A DNA stretch of 64,000 bases from Marinoscillum sp. Its GTDB lineage: Bacteria > Bacteroidota > Bacteroidia > Cytophagales > MED-G16. Where the stretch lies: contig JAYPVV010000004.1 of assembly GCA_038134805.1 (NCBI GenBank), positions 9,214 to 73,213 of the forward strand, read 5' to 3'. The stretch's first letter is position 1. The number at the start of each line of letters is the position of its first letter. The notes beneath the pieces are model-generated. The model was given only the letters and a program-made list of their open reading frames with translations. It was not told the origin of the DNA and ran no database searches. Shown here one piece after another: positions 11,501 through 20,121 of this stretch. The position numbers were made by a program, and so were the translations under genes.

Positions 11501-11675
11501 GGCTGATTCTCAAAGAGGAGATCATTCACCTAATCAACAGGCTATAGATTTTTTTGAATCTATTAAAAATGAACTAAATACGGAAAAATCTAACCTTATT
11601 AAGGTTTTAAATACATATACCACTCAGATCAACACTATGATTGAGGATAACAATATCAAATTTATTTCATATTAG
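8517..11675 (+). CDS. Secreted BNR/Asp-box repeat protein (sortilin/VPS10-like or GH74-like beta-propellers)
   Basis: Signal peptide. At least 10 Asp-box motifs (S/T-x-D-x-G-x-T-W), e.g. TEDAGNTWES, SNDAGETWEF, SIDGGKNWTK, RSDDGGNTWKK, TRDGGNTWEN, TEDYGKTWSL. Confidence 0.75.
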   Translation: MKTILSFLLMLSLTFSAESQKKLNTKKNQFFNKELYSSIKYRLVGPFRGGRAGTVTGVLNNENLYYMGTAGGGVWKTEDAGNTWESLSDGYFGGSIGAVAVSESNPNIIYVGEGEQTLRGNVSSGKGMWKSNDAGETWEFIGLPKSEHISRIKIHPQNPDVVYVGVIGNLWKPNEERGLYKSIDGGKNWTKILYVSDKAGIGDFTLDPNNSRIIYASTWEMKRNGFRMDSGGEDSKVFRSFDAGETWEDISNFQGLPSFPWGIVGVTISPVNSKRIWLMIEALNGGLFRSDDGGNTWKKINTNRALRQRAWYYTRIYADTQNEDKIYVLNVNYGVSTDGGKTFTLKNAPHGDHHDLWIDPNNNKRLAIADDGGAQISNDGGENWSTYYNQPTAQFYRVTTDNSFPYRIYGAQQDNSTVRIKHRSSSSSITERDWEPTAGGESAHLAPDPKNNDIVYGGTYKGYMMKMNHYTDQTHSVNVWPDNPAGSGAEVMKYRFNWNFPITFSPHNPNKLYAGSNYLHVTTNGGKSWETISGDLTRNLPETIKSSGGPITQDNTGAEFYANIFVISESEIEEGVIWTGSDDGLIHVTRDGGNTWENVTPPGSLSPKLNMINSIDPSVFSKGKAYVAATSYKFGDYTPYLYKTEDYGKTWSLITNGIPTNYYSRVVRSDKTREGLLYAGTEWGMFISFNDGESWDEFQLNLPIVSIRDLHVKENDLIVATHGRSFWMIDDLTPLHQLKENMNESSAILFKPDKSFRLSQSGWGRSSSLLDGENHPNGVIINYYLKEFNKDNDFLKIQIKDENKNLIRVFSNDIKKAKLDSEINIYENESFNILKLNPNSGGNRLIWDMRYPGFVSFEGMVLYSSPNVGPKVTPGIYSIEMTFNDEVFEQKFEIEKDPRLSMSQEDYARQLSFLLEVRDQVSLANKTIIDIRKIKNDLKYLTSKVSDKEQLIDIINRFNKELELVENNIHMTKNQSRQDPLNYGIRINNRLAFLLADSQRGDHSPNQQAIDFFESIKNELNTEKSNLIKVLNTYTTQINTMIEDNNIKFISY

Positions 11676-12475
11676 AAATATTTTTGAATATTTATCCAGT
11701 CTCTATCAAACATTTTCATAGAGTTACTCAGGTATTCGCTATTTATTAATGGTTTTTTTACTATAAGTTTTTTTGGAATTAATAAAGCAAAGTACATTAC
11801 TAAATGGTATAATAACCACCAGGGTCTAAAAAACAACCAGTGATATAGTTTATTTTTGGTATAGTATCTTGGTGGATTTTTTTTAAAAATTTTACAAAAA
11901 TTTTTAAGAAAAACTAATTGCTTTTCAGAGTAAGATTTATGGACAATATTCAATGAAATATCATTTTTTTCGTAAGAAGATTTAGTGAAATTAGCAATCT
12001 TATCAAGATATGAATATGAATTAGTTTTAAGTTCATCAAAATTTAAAACTAGTGGAGAAGATGATGAATATTTTTTTATGATATCTAGTTTTTTTGTATA
12101 ATTCATATCATTATTTTTCCAAAATCCATTGTCATTATTATCATAAAATTGTTCAAAAGGAATATGATAGCCATTTTTGGAATATCTTTTAAATTGAGAT
12201 GAGATCCATTTCTTATGTTCTCTAAAAACTACAATAATTTTAACTTGGGGAAAGTGATAATAAATTTTTTTAGTTTCTTCTTCTAATTGCCTATCAAATT
12301 CTCTAGAAATCAAATATGAATCAAAGTTTGAATTATTAATTATATCAATACATTTCTTGTATTTATGAGTGCTAATATATTTTATCCCTTTCAGATAAGG
12401 AAAAAAATTTTTTTGAAGAAATGTTGATCCAGTCTTAGCTAAACCTACATGGAAGAAAATTTTTTTATTATTCAT
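11672..12475 (-). CDS. Sulfotransferase-family protein with a C-terminal hydrophobic segment
   Basis: PAPS-binding 5'-PSB-like loop in FFHVGLAKTGSTFLQ. Hydrophobic stretch LYHWLFFRPWWLLYHLVMYFALLIP near the C-terminus. Confidence 0.5.
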   Translation of the reverse strand: MNNKKIFFHVGLAKTGSTFLQKNFFPYLKGIKYISTHKYKKCIDIINNSNFDSYLISREFDRQLEEETKKIYYHFPQVKIIVVFREHKKWISSQFKRYSKNGYHIPFEQFYDNNDNGFWKNNDMNYTKKLDIIKKYSSSSPLVLNFDELKTNSYSYLDKIANFTKSSYEKNDISLNIVHKSYSEKQLVFLKNFCKIFKKNPPRYYTKNKLYHWLFFRPWWLLYHLVMYFALLIPKKLIVKKPLINSEYLSNSMKMFDRDWINIQKYF

Positions 12476-12519
12476 ACTAAATATTTTAGCAAATAAATTT
12501 TATTTAGTACTTTTACTAA
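12476..12519. promoter_or_regulatory. Two overlapping palindromes, candidate operator of the adjacent XRE/S24 repressor
   Basis: ACTAAATA (12476-12483) pairs with TATTTAGT (12501-12508) across a 17-nt spacer. TTAGTA-CTTT-TACTAA is a perfect palindrome at 12504-12519, ending 17 nt before the ATG at 12537. Confidence 0.3.
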
Positions 12520-12536
12520 TATTAATAGTATTTAAT

Positions 12537-13301
12537 ATGATAAAAGTTAATGAAAATATACGTTTTCTTAGAAAGAAAAAAGGTTGGACTCAAGAAAAGT
12601 TTTCTAAAAAGATAGGAATCAAAAGATCTCTAGTTGGTGCTTATGAAGAAGGTAGATCGGACCCGAGACTAAATAATCTTCTAAAAATGTGTGATGTGTT
12701 TTCAATTTCCTTAGATAATATTCTTAAAAAGGATGTTTCTAAGTTACCTAATGATCAATATCTAAAATCAGAAGATCATAATGTTAAAGTTTTATCTATA
12801 ACGGTTGATAAGTTTGGTAATGAAAATATTGAGCTCATAAATCAAAAAGCATCGGCAGGTTATTTAAACTCTTACTCTGACTTTGAATTTATTGAAAGCT
12901 TACCAAAGTTTCAGCTACCTTTTTTAAATTTTAGTGGAACACATAGAGCTTTTGAGATTAAAGGCGATTCAATGCTGCCACTAACATCTGGAAGTATAGT
13001 CATTGCAAAATTTATTGAAAATTTATCTTTTATAAAGAATAATAAAACTTATGTCCTTTTAACAAAAGATGATGGCATTGTCTATAAAAGAGTTGAGTCT
13101 TTAGAAAACTCTTTAAAACTCATATCTGATAACAAAGAATATAAACCTTATAATGTACCTAAATCTGATATTTTAGAAATTTGGGAAGCTATTGCTTTTT
13201 TTAGTTTAGATTTTCCTAATCCAAATTCAGAATTTTCATCTTTAAAAAATCAAATTAATAATCTATATGCTAATTTAGATAGCATCAAGAATCAGTTATA
13301 A
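12537..13301 (+). CDS. LexA/CI-like repressor: XRE-type HTH fused to an S24 self-cleaving peptidase domain
   Basis: HTH region IRFLRKKKGWTQEKFSKKIGIKRSLVGAYEEG. Candidate Ala-Gly cleavage site in QKASAGYL. Catalytic Ser in KGDSMLP and Lys in IVYKRV. Confidence 0.8.
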   Translation: MIKVNENIRFLRKKKGWTQEKFSKKIGIKRSLVGAYEEGRSDPRLNNLLKMCDVFSISLDNILKKDVSKLPNDQYLKSEDHNVKVLSITVDKFGNENIELINQKASAGYLNSYSDFEFIESLPKFQLPFLNFSGTHRAFEIKGDSMLPLTSGSIVIAKFIENLSFIKNNKTYVLLTKDDGIVYKRVESLENSLKLISDNKEYKPYNVPKSDILEIWEAIAFFSLDFPNPNSEFSSLKNQINNLYANLDSIKNQL

Positions 13302-13324
13302 TCTTTTTTTTTTAATTTTGGCAA

Positions 13325-14098
13325 ATGTCAAAAATTACAATATTATCTCAAATTAGAAATGATAATCCCAATAAAGTAAAATTACCTTCGATTGATTCTA
13401 ATGAGTTTGAAAAAGTTATTGACACTAGAAGAAGCATTAGAGTTTTTACAGATGATGAAATTCCTGATAGCATTATTAAAAAATCTCTCGAAAATTCATT
13501 AAAAGCTCCAACCTCATCTAATTTACAAACTTGGGAAATTTATTGGATAAAGTCACTTGATATAAAGTCTAAAGTAGTAGAAGTTTGTTTATCTCAACCT
13601 GCTGCAAAGACAGCTAAAGAATTATTTGTATTTGTCTCTCGGCCAGATTTATGGAAAAGAAATAATGAAATGATGTTAGACTATTTAAAAGAAAAAAAAG
13701 ATCCACCACTTTCAGTTTTAAAATATTATAATAAGATCACTAAAATTGCCTATACACAAGGATTTCTAAATATTTTCGGATTCTTAAAAAAACTTTATGT
13801 AACGATTGCTGGATTGTTTATTGTAATACCAAGAGAACCTACATCATTTAGTGATATGAAAGTTTGGTCGCAGAAAACAACCGCTTTAGCTTGTCAAAAT
13901 TTTATGCTCTCAATGAGGGCTTATGGATTTGATTCATGTCCAATGGAAGGATTTGATTCGTTTAGACTTAAAAAAATTCTTAATCTTCCAAAAAAAGCTC
14001 AAATTTGTATGGTAATTGGTACTGGAAAGAGAGATCCTAAGGGTGTATATGGAAAGCAGTTTAGATTTGATAGTAATTTATTCATAAAAGAAGTTTAA
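13325..14098 (+). CDS. Nitroreductase-family protein
   Basis: RRSIRVF motif near the N-terminus. Size and the C-terminal CPMEGFD segment fit the nitroreductase fold family. Confidence 0.7.
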   Translation: MSKITILSQIRNDNPNKVKLPSIDSNEFEKVIDTRRSIRVFTDDEIPDSIIKKSLENSLKAPTSSNLQTWEIYWIKSLDIKSKVVEVCLSQPAAKTAKELFVFVSRPDLWKRNNEMMLDYLKEKKDPPLSVLKYYNKITKIAYTQGFLNIFGFLKKLYVTIAGLFIVIPREPTSFSDMKVWSQKTTALACQNFMLSMRAYGFDSCPMEGFDSFRLKKILNLPKKAQICMVIGTGKRDPKGVYGKQFRFDSNLFIKEV

Positions 14099-14101
14099 AA
14101 A

Positions 14102-16030
14102 ATGAGGACAATAAATATTACTTTTCCTGATTCCTCTGTCAAAAGTTTTGAAAGCGGCACTCTGTGTATTGATATTTTAAAATCTATAAGTAACAGTTTA
14201 GCAAAAAAAGTTTTAGTAGCTTCTTTTAACGGAAATCTTATTGATCTTTCTTCATCTCTATCTGTTGATGGTCACCTTAAATTTTTTACTTGGGATGATT
14301 CTGAAGGAAAAAGTACATTTTGGCATTCCTCTGCTCATATTCTTGCAGAAGCTATTGAATCAATTCATCCTGGTGTAAAGTTTGGTATTGGTCCTTCTAT
14401 ATCAAATGGATTTTATTATGATATTGATTTTGTTGATTATGATGTTTCTAGTTTAGATTTAGAATTAGTTGAAAAAAAATTTATTGAACTATCAACATCT
14501 AATTTATCTTTTAAACGATCAGAAGTTTCGAAAGCTGATGCTTTAAAATATTTTAAAGAAAAAAATGACCCTTATAAACTAGAATTAATAAATGATTTAA
14601 ATGATGGAGAGATTTCTTTTTATAGTCAAGGAAACTTTACAGATTTATGTAAAGGACCACATATTCCATCATCAAAATTTATTAAATCGTTTAAAATTTT
14701 AAATGTTGCCGGAGCTTATTGGAGAGGAAATGAAAAAAATAAACAACTCACTAGATTATACGGCATTTCTTTTCCTAATAAAGAGTTATTAGATGATCAT
14801 ATAAATAAATTAGAGGAAGCTAAAAAAAGAGATCATAGAAAAATCGGAAAGGAATTAGAATTATTTTTCTTTAGTGATAATGTTGGTTCAGGCCTTCCAA
14901 TGTGGCTACCTAATGGAAATATTATTAGAGAAAATTTAATTGATTTTATGAGGAAAGAGCAAATTCAACAAGGTTATCAACATGTTACTACTCCTCACAT
15001 TGGATCAAAAAAACTTTATGTTACTTCAGGACACTATGAAAAATATGGAGAATCTTCGTTTCAACCTATACAAGTTCCTTCAGATAATGAAGAGTATTTA
15101 TTGAAGCCAATGAATTGTCCTCATCATTGTGAAATTTACAAATTCAGGCCTCACTCCTATAAAGAATTACCTGTTAGAATTGCTGAATTTGGTACTGTCT
15201 ACAGATACGAGCAAAGCGGTGAGTTACATGGAATGACAAGAGTGAGAGGATTTACTCAAGATGATGCTCATATATTTTGTTCTATTGATCAAGTTGGTCA
15301 AGAAGTTCTCGGTGTTATGGATTTAATATTAAAAGTATTTAAATCTCTTTCATTTGATAATTTTAAAGTTCAAATCTCTTTAAGAGATAAAGATGATCAA
15401 TCTAAATATATAGGTGATACATCTTTATGGGAAAAAGCAGAAAATGATCTTATAGAAGCAGTTAAAAAAAGAGATGTAGAATCTAAAATTGTTTATGGTG
15501 AAGCTGCATTTTATGGACCTAAAATTGATTTTATGGTTAATGATTCTCTAGAAAGAGAGTGGCAATTAGGAACAATTCAAGTCGACTACCAACTTCCTAA
15601 AAGATTTAATTTAGAGTATATTGACAAGGATAATATTAAAAAAACTCCTGTTATTATACACAGGGCTCCTTTTGGATCAATGGAAAGATTTATTGCAATT
15701 ATTACTGAACATTGTGAAGGTAATTTTCCTCTTTGGTTAGCTCCAGAACAAGTCATACTTCTACCAATTACAGAAAGTGTTAATAATTATACTTTGTCTG
15801 TTAAGAAGCAGTTAGAAAACTCTAATTTAAGAGTAACTATCGATCTGAGATATGAAAAGATCTCAAAAAAAATTAGAGATGCAGAAATAAAGAAAATTCC
15901 GTATATGATTATTATTGGTGAAAATGAAATGAAAACAGAATCGCTTTCGATCAGAAAAAAATATAAAGGCAACATTGGGGAAATGTCTGTAAATGATTTT
16001 ATTAAATTAATAAATAAAGAAATTTCATAA
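14102..16030 (+). CDS. thrS: Threonyl-tRNA synthetase
   Basis: 642 aa with a TGS-like N-terminus, an editing domain, class II core motifs (FRYEQSGELHGMTRVRGFTQDDAHIF) and an anticodon-binding C-terminus. Synteny with infC-rpmI-rplT. Confidence 0.97.
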   Translation: MRTINITFPDSSVKSFESGTLCIDILKSISNSLAKKVLVASFNGNLIDLSSSLSVDGHLKFFTWDDSEGKSTFWHSSAHILAEAIESIHPGVKFGIGPSISNGFYYDIDFVDYDVSSLDLELVEKKFIELSTSNLSFKRSEVSKADALKYFKEKNDPYKLELINDLNDGEISFYSQGNFTDLCKGPHIPSSKFIKSFKILNVAGAYWRGNEKNKQLTRLYGISFPNKELLDDHINKLEEAKKRDHRKIGKELELFFFSDNVGSGLPMWLPNGNIIRENLIDFMRKEQIQQGYQHVTTPHIGSKKLYVTSGHYEKYGESSFQPIQVPSDNEEYLLKPMNCPHHCEIYKFRPHSYKELPVRIAEFGTVYRYEQSGELHGMTRVRGFTQDDAHIFCSIDQVGQEVLGVMDLILKVFKSLSFDNFKVQISLRDKDDQSKYIGDTSLWEKAENDLIEAVKKRDVESKIVYGEAAFYGPKIDFMVNDSLEREWQLGTIQVDYQLPKRFNLEYIDKDNIKKTPVIIHRAPFGSMERFIAIITEHCEGNFPLWLAPEQVILLPITESVNNYTLSVKKQLENSNLRVTIDLRYEKISKKIRDAEIKKIPYMIIIGENEMKTESLSIRKKYKGNIGEMSVNDFIKLINKEIS

Positions 16031-16109
16031 TTTAAAAAATTGAAAATTGCTTTTATTTATTTAATTATTTGAGATATTTGCAAAAATTTTATAAAAAAAG
16101 GAGGGTATA

Positions 16110-16649
16110 ATCAATAGGATTAAAAAAAGAGTTTGGAAGAAACCTGAAGAACTTCATAGAATCAACGAAAATATTAAGTCTTCTATGGTTAGGTTAGTTG
16201 GTGAGAATATTGAAACTAATATATATCCTTTATACAAAGCACAAGAAATGGCAACACAATTAGGTCTTGATTTAGTAGAAATATCACCAAATTCAGATCC
16301 ACCTGTATGTAAAATTATTGATTATTCAAAATTCAAATATACGCAGAAGAAAAAGCAGAAATCAATTAGATCTAATGCGCAAAAGACACTCTTAAAAGAG
16401 ATAAGGTTTGGCCCAAATACTGATGATCATGATTTTAATTTTAAGTTGAAGCATGCAATTAAGTTTCTAGAAAGTGGAGCTAAAGTGAAAGCGTATGTTC
16501 ATTTTTATGGAAGAACAATTGTTTTTAAGGAAAGAGGTGAAATTTTATTATTAAAGCTTGCTCAAGCTTTAGAAGAATATGCAAATGTTGAAGAATTGCC
16601 TAAATTAGAAGGAAAAAGAATGTTTTTAATGTTATCACCAAAAAAATAA
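16110..16649 (+). CDS. infC: Translation initiation factor IF-3, non-AUG start (ATC 16110; ATA 16107 or ATT 16119 also possible)
   Basis: The ORF-track product starts at an internal Met. The frame is open back to TAA at 16092-16094 and encodes [30 protein letters not shown], matching the usual IF-3 N-terminus. Confidence 0.85.
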   Translation: MNRIKKRVWKKPEELHRINENIKSSMVRLVGENIETNIYPLYKAQEMATQLGLDLVEISPNSDPPVCKIIDYSKFKYTQKKKQKSIRSNAQKTLLKEIRFGPNTDDHDFNFKLKHAIKFLESGAKVKAYVHFYGRTIVFKERGEILLLKLAQALEEYANVEELPKLEGKRMFLMLSPKK

Positions 16650-16653
16650 AGTT

Positions 16654-16842
16654 ATGCCAAAAGTTAAAACAAAGTCAGGAGCTAAAAAAAGGTTCAAATT
16701 AACTGGAACTGGAAAAGTTAAAAGAAAAAATGCTTTTAAAAATCATATTTTAACTAAGAAAGAGACCAAACAAAAAAGAAATCTGACTAAGACATCTATT
16801 GTCAACAAGTCTGATGAAAAGAATATAAAAAGAATGATTTAA
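16654..16842 (+). CDS. rpmI: 50S ribosomal protein L35
   Basis: [15 protein letters not shown]... 62 aa. Lies between infC and rplT. Confidence 0.95.
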   Translation: MPKVKTKSGAKKRFKLTGTGKVKRKNAFKNHILTKKETKQKRNLTKTSIVNKSDEKNIKRMI

Positions 16843-16852
16843 ATTTGTAATT

Positions 16853-17197
16853 ATGCCTAGATCAAGAAACATAGTCGCTGCTAAAGCTAGAAAGAAAAAA
16901 GTTTTCAAGTTAGCTAAAGGATTTTTTGGAAGAAGAAAAAATGTCTGGACAGTTGCTAAAAATGCTGTTGAAAAAGCTCTACAGTACTCGTATATTCATA
17001 GAAAAACAAAGAAAAGAGAAATTAGAGGTCTTTGGATTCAAAGAATTAATGCTGCTGTTAGATTATCTGGTTTATCATACTCAGATTTTATGGATAAGCT
17101 TAAAAAAGCTAAAATTGAACTTAACAGAAAAGTATTAGCTGATATAGCAATGAATGACCCTGAGTCATTCAAGCAAATTGTGAAATCAGTTTCTTAA
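16853..17197 (+). CDS. rplT: 50S ribosomal protein L20
   Basis: [30 protein letters not shown]... 114 aa. Confidence 0.97.
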   Translation: MPRSRNIVAAKARKKKVFKLAKGFFGRRKNVWTVAKNAVEKALQYSYIHRKTKKREIRGLWIQRINAAVRLSGLSYSDFMDKLKKAKIELNRKVLADIAMNDPESFKQIVKSVS

Positions 17198-17210
17198 TAA
17201 TATAGTTTTA

Positions 17211-18365
17211 ATGTTTAATAAAGATTTATTAAACAAATTTCAAAAATTAGAAACTCCTTTTTATTATTATGATATTGATGTTCTTTATAAGAATTTAGAT
17301 GATCTATCTAAGCATTTATGTAGCAAAGGTAAAGTTCATTATGCTCTAAAAGCTAATTCTAATGTTAAGCTCTTAAATGTAATAAAATCAAAAGGAATTG
17401 GAGTTGATGCTGTTAGTTCTAATGAAATAAAGCATGCTTTAGAAGTTGGATTTTCTCCTAAAGATATAGTCTTTGCAGGTGTTGGTAAAACTGATAAGGA
17501 GATAGAATATTCTATTAAGAATAATATTTCTTACTTTAATTGTGAATCTATTGAAGAAATTGATGTAATAAATTCAATTTCTAAAAATCTGAATAATATA
17601 ACTAAAGTTTCTATAAGAATTAATCCAGGTATTAAAACAGGTACACATAAAAATATAGAAACTGGATATAGAAATAATAAATTTGGAATTGACTTAAATG
17701 ATATAAATGAACTATTAGATTCTTTTAATACATATTCTAACTTGAATCTAGTGGGATTTCATTTTCACATAGGCTCTCAAATAGAAACAAGTGCTCCTTT
17801 TATAGAATTATGTAAAATAGCAAATCATGTGAATAATTTAATTTTAGGTAAAGGCTTAAATGTTAAATTTATTAATGTTGGTGGTGGTTTATCAATAGAT
17901 TACACAAATCCAATAGAAAATAATATCTCTAATTTTAAGGACTATTTTAAAATTTTTACGCAAAATTTAAAAATAAATAAAGATCAGGAGATTCACTTCG
18001 AATTAGGAAGGTCTATAGTTGGTCAATGTGGCTTTTTAGTATCCAAAGTTTTATTTAATAAAAAATCATACAATAAGAATTTTCTTATTATTGATGCAGG
18101 GATGAATGATCTAATAAGGCCAGCTTTATATGGAAGCTCTCATAAGATAATAAACATATCTTCAAAAGATAAGAATAATAATATATATGACATTGTAGGC
18201 CCAATTTGTGAATCAACAGATGTATTTGCTAAAAATTATGATCTTAATCTAACTAAAAGAAATGATATTCTATTGATTTGTTCTTCTGGTGCTTATGGTG
18301 AGTCAATGTCTTCAAATTATAATTTAAGAAAATCACTTAATTCATATTTTTCAGATACAATTTGA
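17211..18365 (+). CDS. lysA: Diaminopimelate decarboxylase (group IV PLP decarboxylase)
   Basis: PLP-lysine motif HYALKAN, plus HFHIGSQ, GGGL and GPICESTD. Confidence 0.75.
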   Translation: MFNKDLLNKFQKLETPFYYYDIDVLYKNLDDLSKHLCSKGKVHYALKANSNVKLLNVIKSKGIGVDAVSSNEIKHALEVGFSPKDIVFAGVGKTDKEIEYSIKNNISYFNCESIEEIDVINSISKNLNNITKVSIRINPGIKTGTHKNIETGYRNNKFGIDLNDINELLDSFNTYSNLNLVGFHFHIGSQIETSAPFIELCKIANHVNNLILGKGLNVKFINVGGGLSIDYTNPIENNISNFKDYFKIFTQNLKINKDQEIHFELGRSIVGQCGFLVSKVLFNKKSYNKNFLIIDAGMNDLIRPALYGSSHKIINISSKDKNNNIYDIVGPICESTDVFAKNYDLNLTKRNDILLICSSGAYGESMSSNYNLRKSLNSYFSDTI

Positions 18366-18373
18366 TATATTTG
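18366..18373 (+). promoter_or_regulatory. Bacteroidota-type -7 promoter box (TATATTTG) upstream of the symporter gene
   Basis: Exact TAnnTTTG match immediately after the lysA stop, 6 nt before a 27-codon mini-ORF and 94 nt before the symporter ATG. Confidence 0.35.
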
Positions 18374-18467
18374 ATTTCAATGAATTTTAAAAAAATTTAT
18401 ATTCAAGTACTTCTTACCTTAGTTACATACATAATCCTATTGGCTATTTATACTTTTAATTAATAAT

Positions 18468-20117
18468 ATGTCAAATATAGATTTTGTTGTATTTTCTTCA
18501 ATATTGATATCTATAGCAGTTTATGGTGCTATTAAGAACAGACAGAATAAAAATTTAAAATCATACATTCTAGGTGACAATTCAGTCAAATGGTCTACTA
18601 TTGGGCTATCAGTGATGGCTACTCAAGCAAGTGCTATCACATTCCTTTCTACACCTGGTCAAGGGTATAAGGAGGGTATGAGCTTTATTCAAATTTATCT
18701 AGGATTACCTCTTGCATTAATTGTAGTCTCTGCTCTTTTTGTACCAATTTACTATAGATCTAAAGTTTTTACAGCTTATCAATATTTAGAAGAAAGGTTT
18801 GATTATAAAGTAAGAGCTCTAACCTCTTTCTTTTTTTTATTGCAAAGGGGATTACAATGTGGTATTACTATTTACGCACCATCTATCATACTAACTACTA
18901 TTTTAGGTTGGAATATGACACCTACTGTTATTTTTGTGGGCTTTTTGGTTATTCTATATACAGTTATTGGAGGAAGTAAGGCTGTAAGTTATACTCATAA
19001 ATATCAAATGATTTTAATATTATCTGGTTTGGTAGTGGTCTTTTTTTATCTTTTATTTTATATAAATAGTTATTTGACAGTTGGCGAATCTTTTAATTTG
19101 ATTAAAACTTTTGATAAAAACAATGCAATAAATTTATCATTTGATATCAATGAAAGATATACTATCTGGTCTGGTTTACTGGGTGGGTTTTTCCTTTCTC
19201 TTTCTTATTTTGGTACAGATCAGTCTCAAGTATCAAGATATATAAATGCAAAAAATATTGAAGAGAGTAGAATTGGGTTAATTTTCAATGCAATATTAAA
19301 AATTCCTCTTCAGTTCTTTATTTTGTTAATTGGAACACTTTTGTTTGTTTTTTACAGTCTATATAAACCACCAATTAATTTTAATGATAATCTTATTTCT
19401 TTCCAACAAGACAATAACTATGAACTATATCAAGAAATTGATCAAAAAATGGATAATTTATTTAATCAAAAAAAAGAATTAATTATAAGTGATATAATAA
19501 CCAATTCTGATGAAATAATTCGAAATAATCAAGAGATAGATCAATTAAGAAAAAATTTTGAGGAAAATGCAATTGAAAATGGTTTTGATTATGAAAAAGC
19601 AGAATCTGATTTCATTTTTTTGCATTTTATTTTAAATTATCTCCCTGTAGGACTGATCGGTGTTATTATAGCTCTTATTCTATCAGCTGCTATGAGTTCA
19701 ACTTCAGCCGAGATAAGTGCTTTATCTGCCATATCAACTATTGATATTTATAAAAGATTTATTAACAAAAAAGAGGATCCTTTAAATGATGTATTAGCAT
19801 CTAAATTTTTTAATTTGGGTTGGGGTATAATTGCCATTCTTTTTTCATTATTTTTTGCTCAAGAGGAGAATTTAATTGAGTCTATAAACATTATTGCTTC
19901 ATTATTGTATGGGAATGTATTAGGTATCTTCTTAGTTGCATTTTTCTCAAATAGAATTAAATCTTTTCATATTTTTTACGCTGCGATAATTTCCCAAATT
20001 TTGGTTTTTGTTTTATTTAATATTTATGAAAAAAATATAAGTTATTTATGGTTTAATTTTATTGGTACTTTTTTAACATCTTCCATTTCCTATATTCTTT
20101 ATTTAATCAAAAAGTAA
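18468..20117 (+). CDS. Sodium:solute symporter (SSF family) with a hydrophilic internal insertion
   Basis: Multiple TM segments throughout. SSF-like GG..AV motif (VIGGSKAVSYT). Confidence 0.85.
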   Translation: MSNIDFVVFSSILISIAVYGAIKNRQNKNLKSYILGDNSVKWSTIGLSVMATQASAITFLSTPGQGYKEGMSFIQIYLGLPLALIVVSALFVPIYYRSKVFTAYQYLEERFDYKVRALTSFFFLLQRGLQCGITIYAPSIILTTILGWNMTPTVIFVGFLVILYTVIGGSKAVSYTHKYQMILILSGLVVVFFYLLFYINSYLTVGESFNLIKTFDKNNAINLSFDINERYTIWSGLLGGFFLSLSYFGTDQSQVSRYINAKNIEESRIGLIFNAILKIPLQFFILLIGTLLFVFYSLYKPPINFNDNLISFQQDNNYELYQEIDQKMDNLFNQKKELIISDIITNSDEIIRNNQEIDQLRKNFEENAIENGFDYEKAESDFIFLHFILNYLPVGLIGVIIALILSAAMSSTSAEISALSAISTIDIYKRFINKKEDPLNDVLASKFFNLGWGIIAILFSLFFAQEENLIESINIIASLLYGNVLGIFLVAFFSNRIKSFHIFYAAIISQILVFVLFNIYEKNISYLWFNFIGTFLTSSISYILYLIKK

Positions 20118-20121
20118 AAAA

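Noticed and set aside
12476-14098. Prophage or mobile-element remnant, suggested by the CI-like XRE/S24 repressor
   Set aside because: No integrase, excisionase, antirepressor, structural or lysis genes lie nearby, and no flanking repeats. The neighbours are ordinary metabolic and housekeeping genes.
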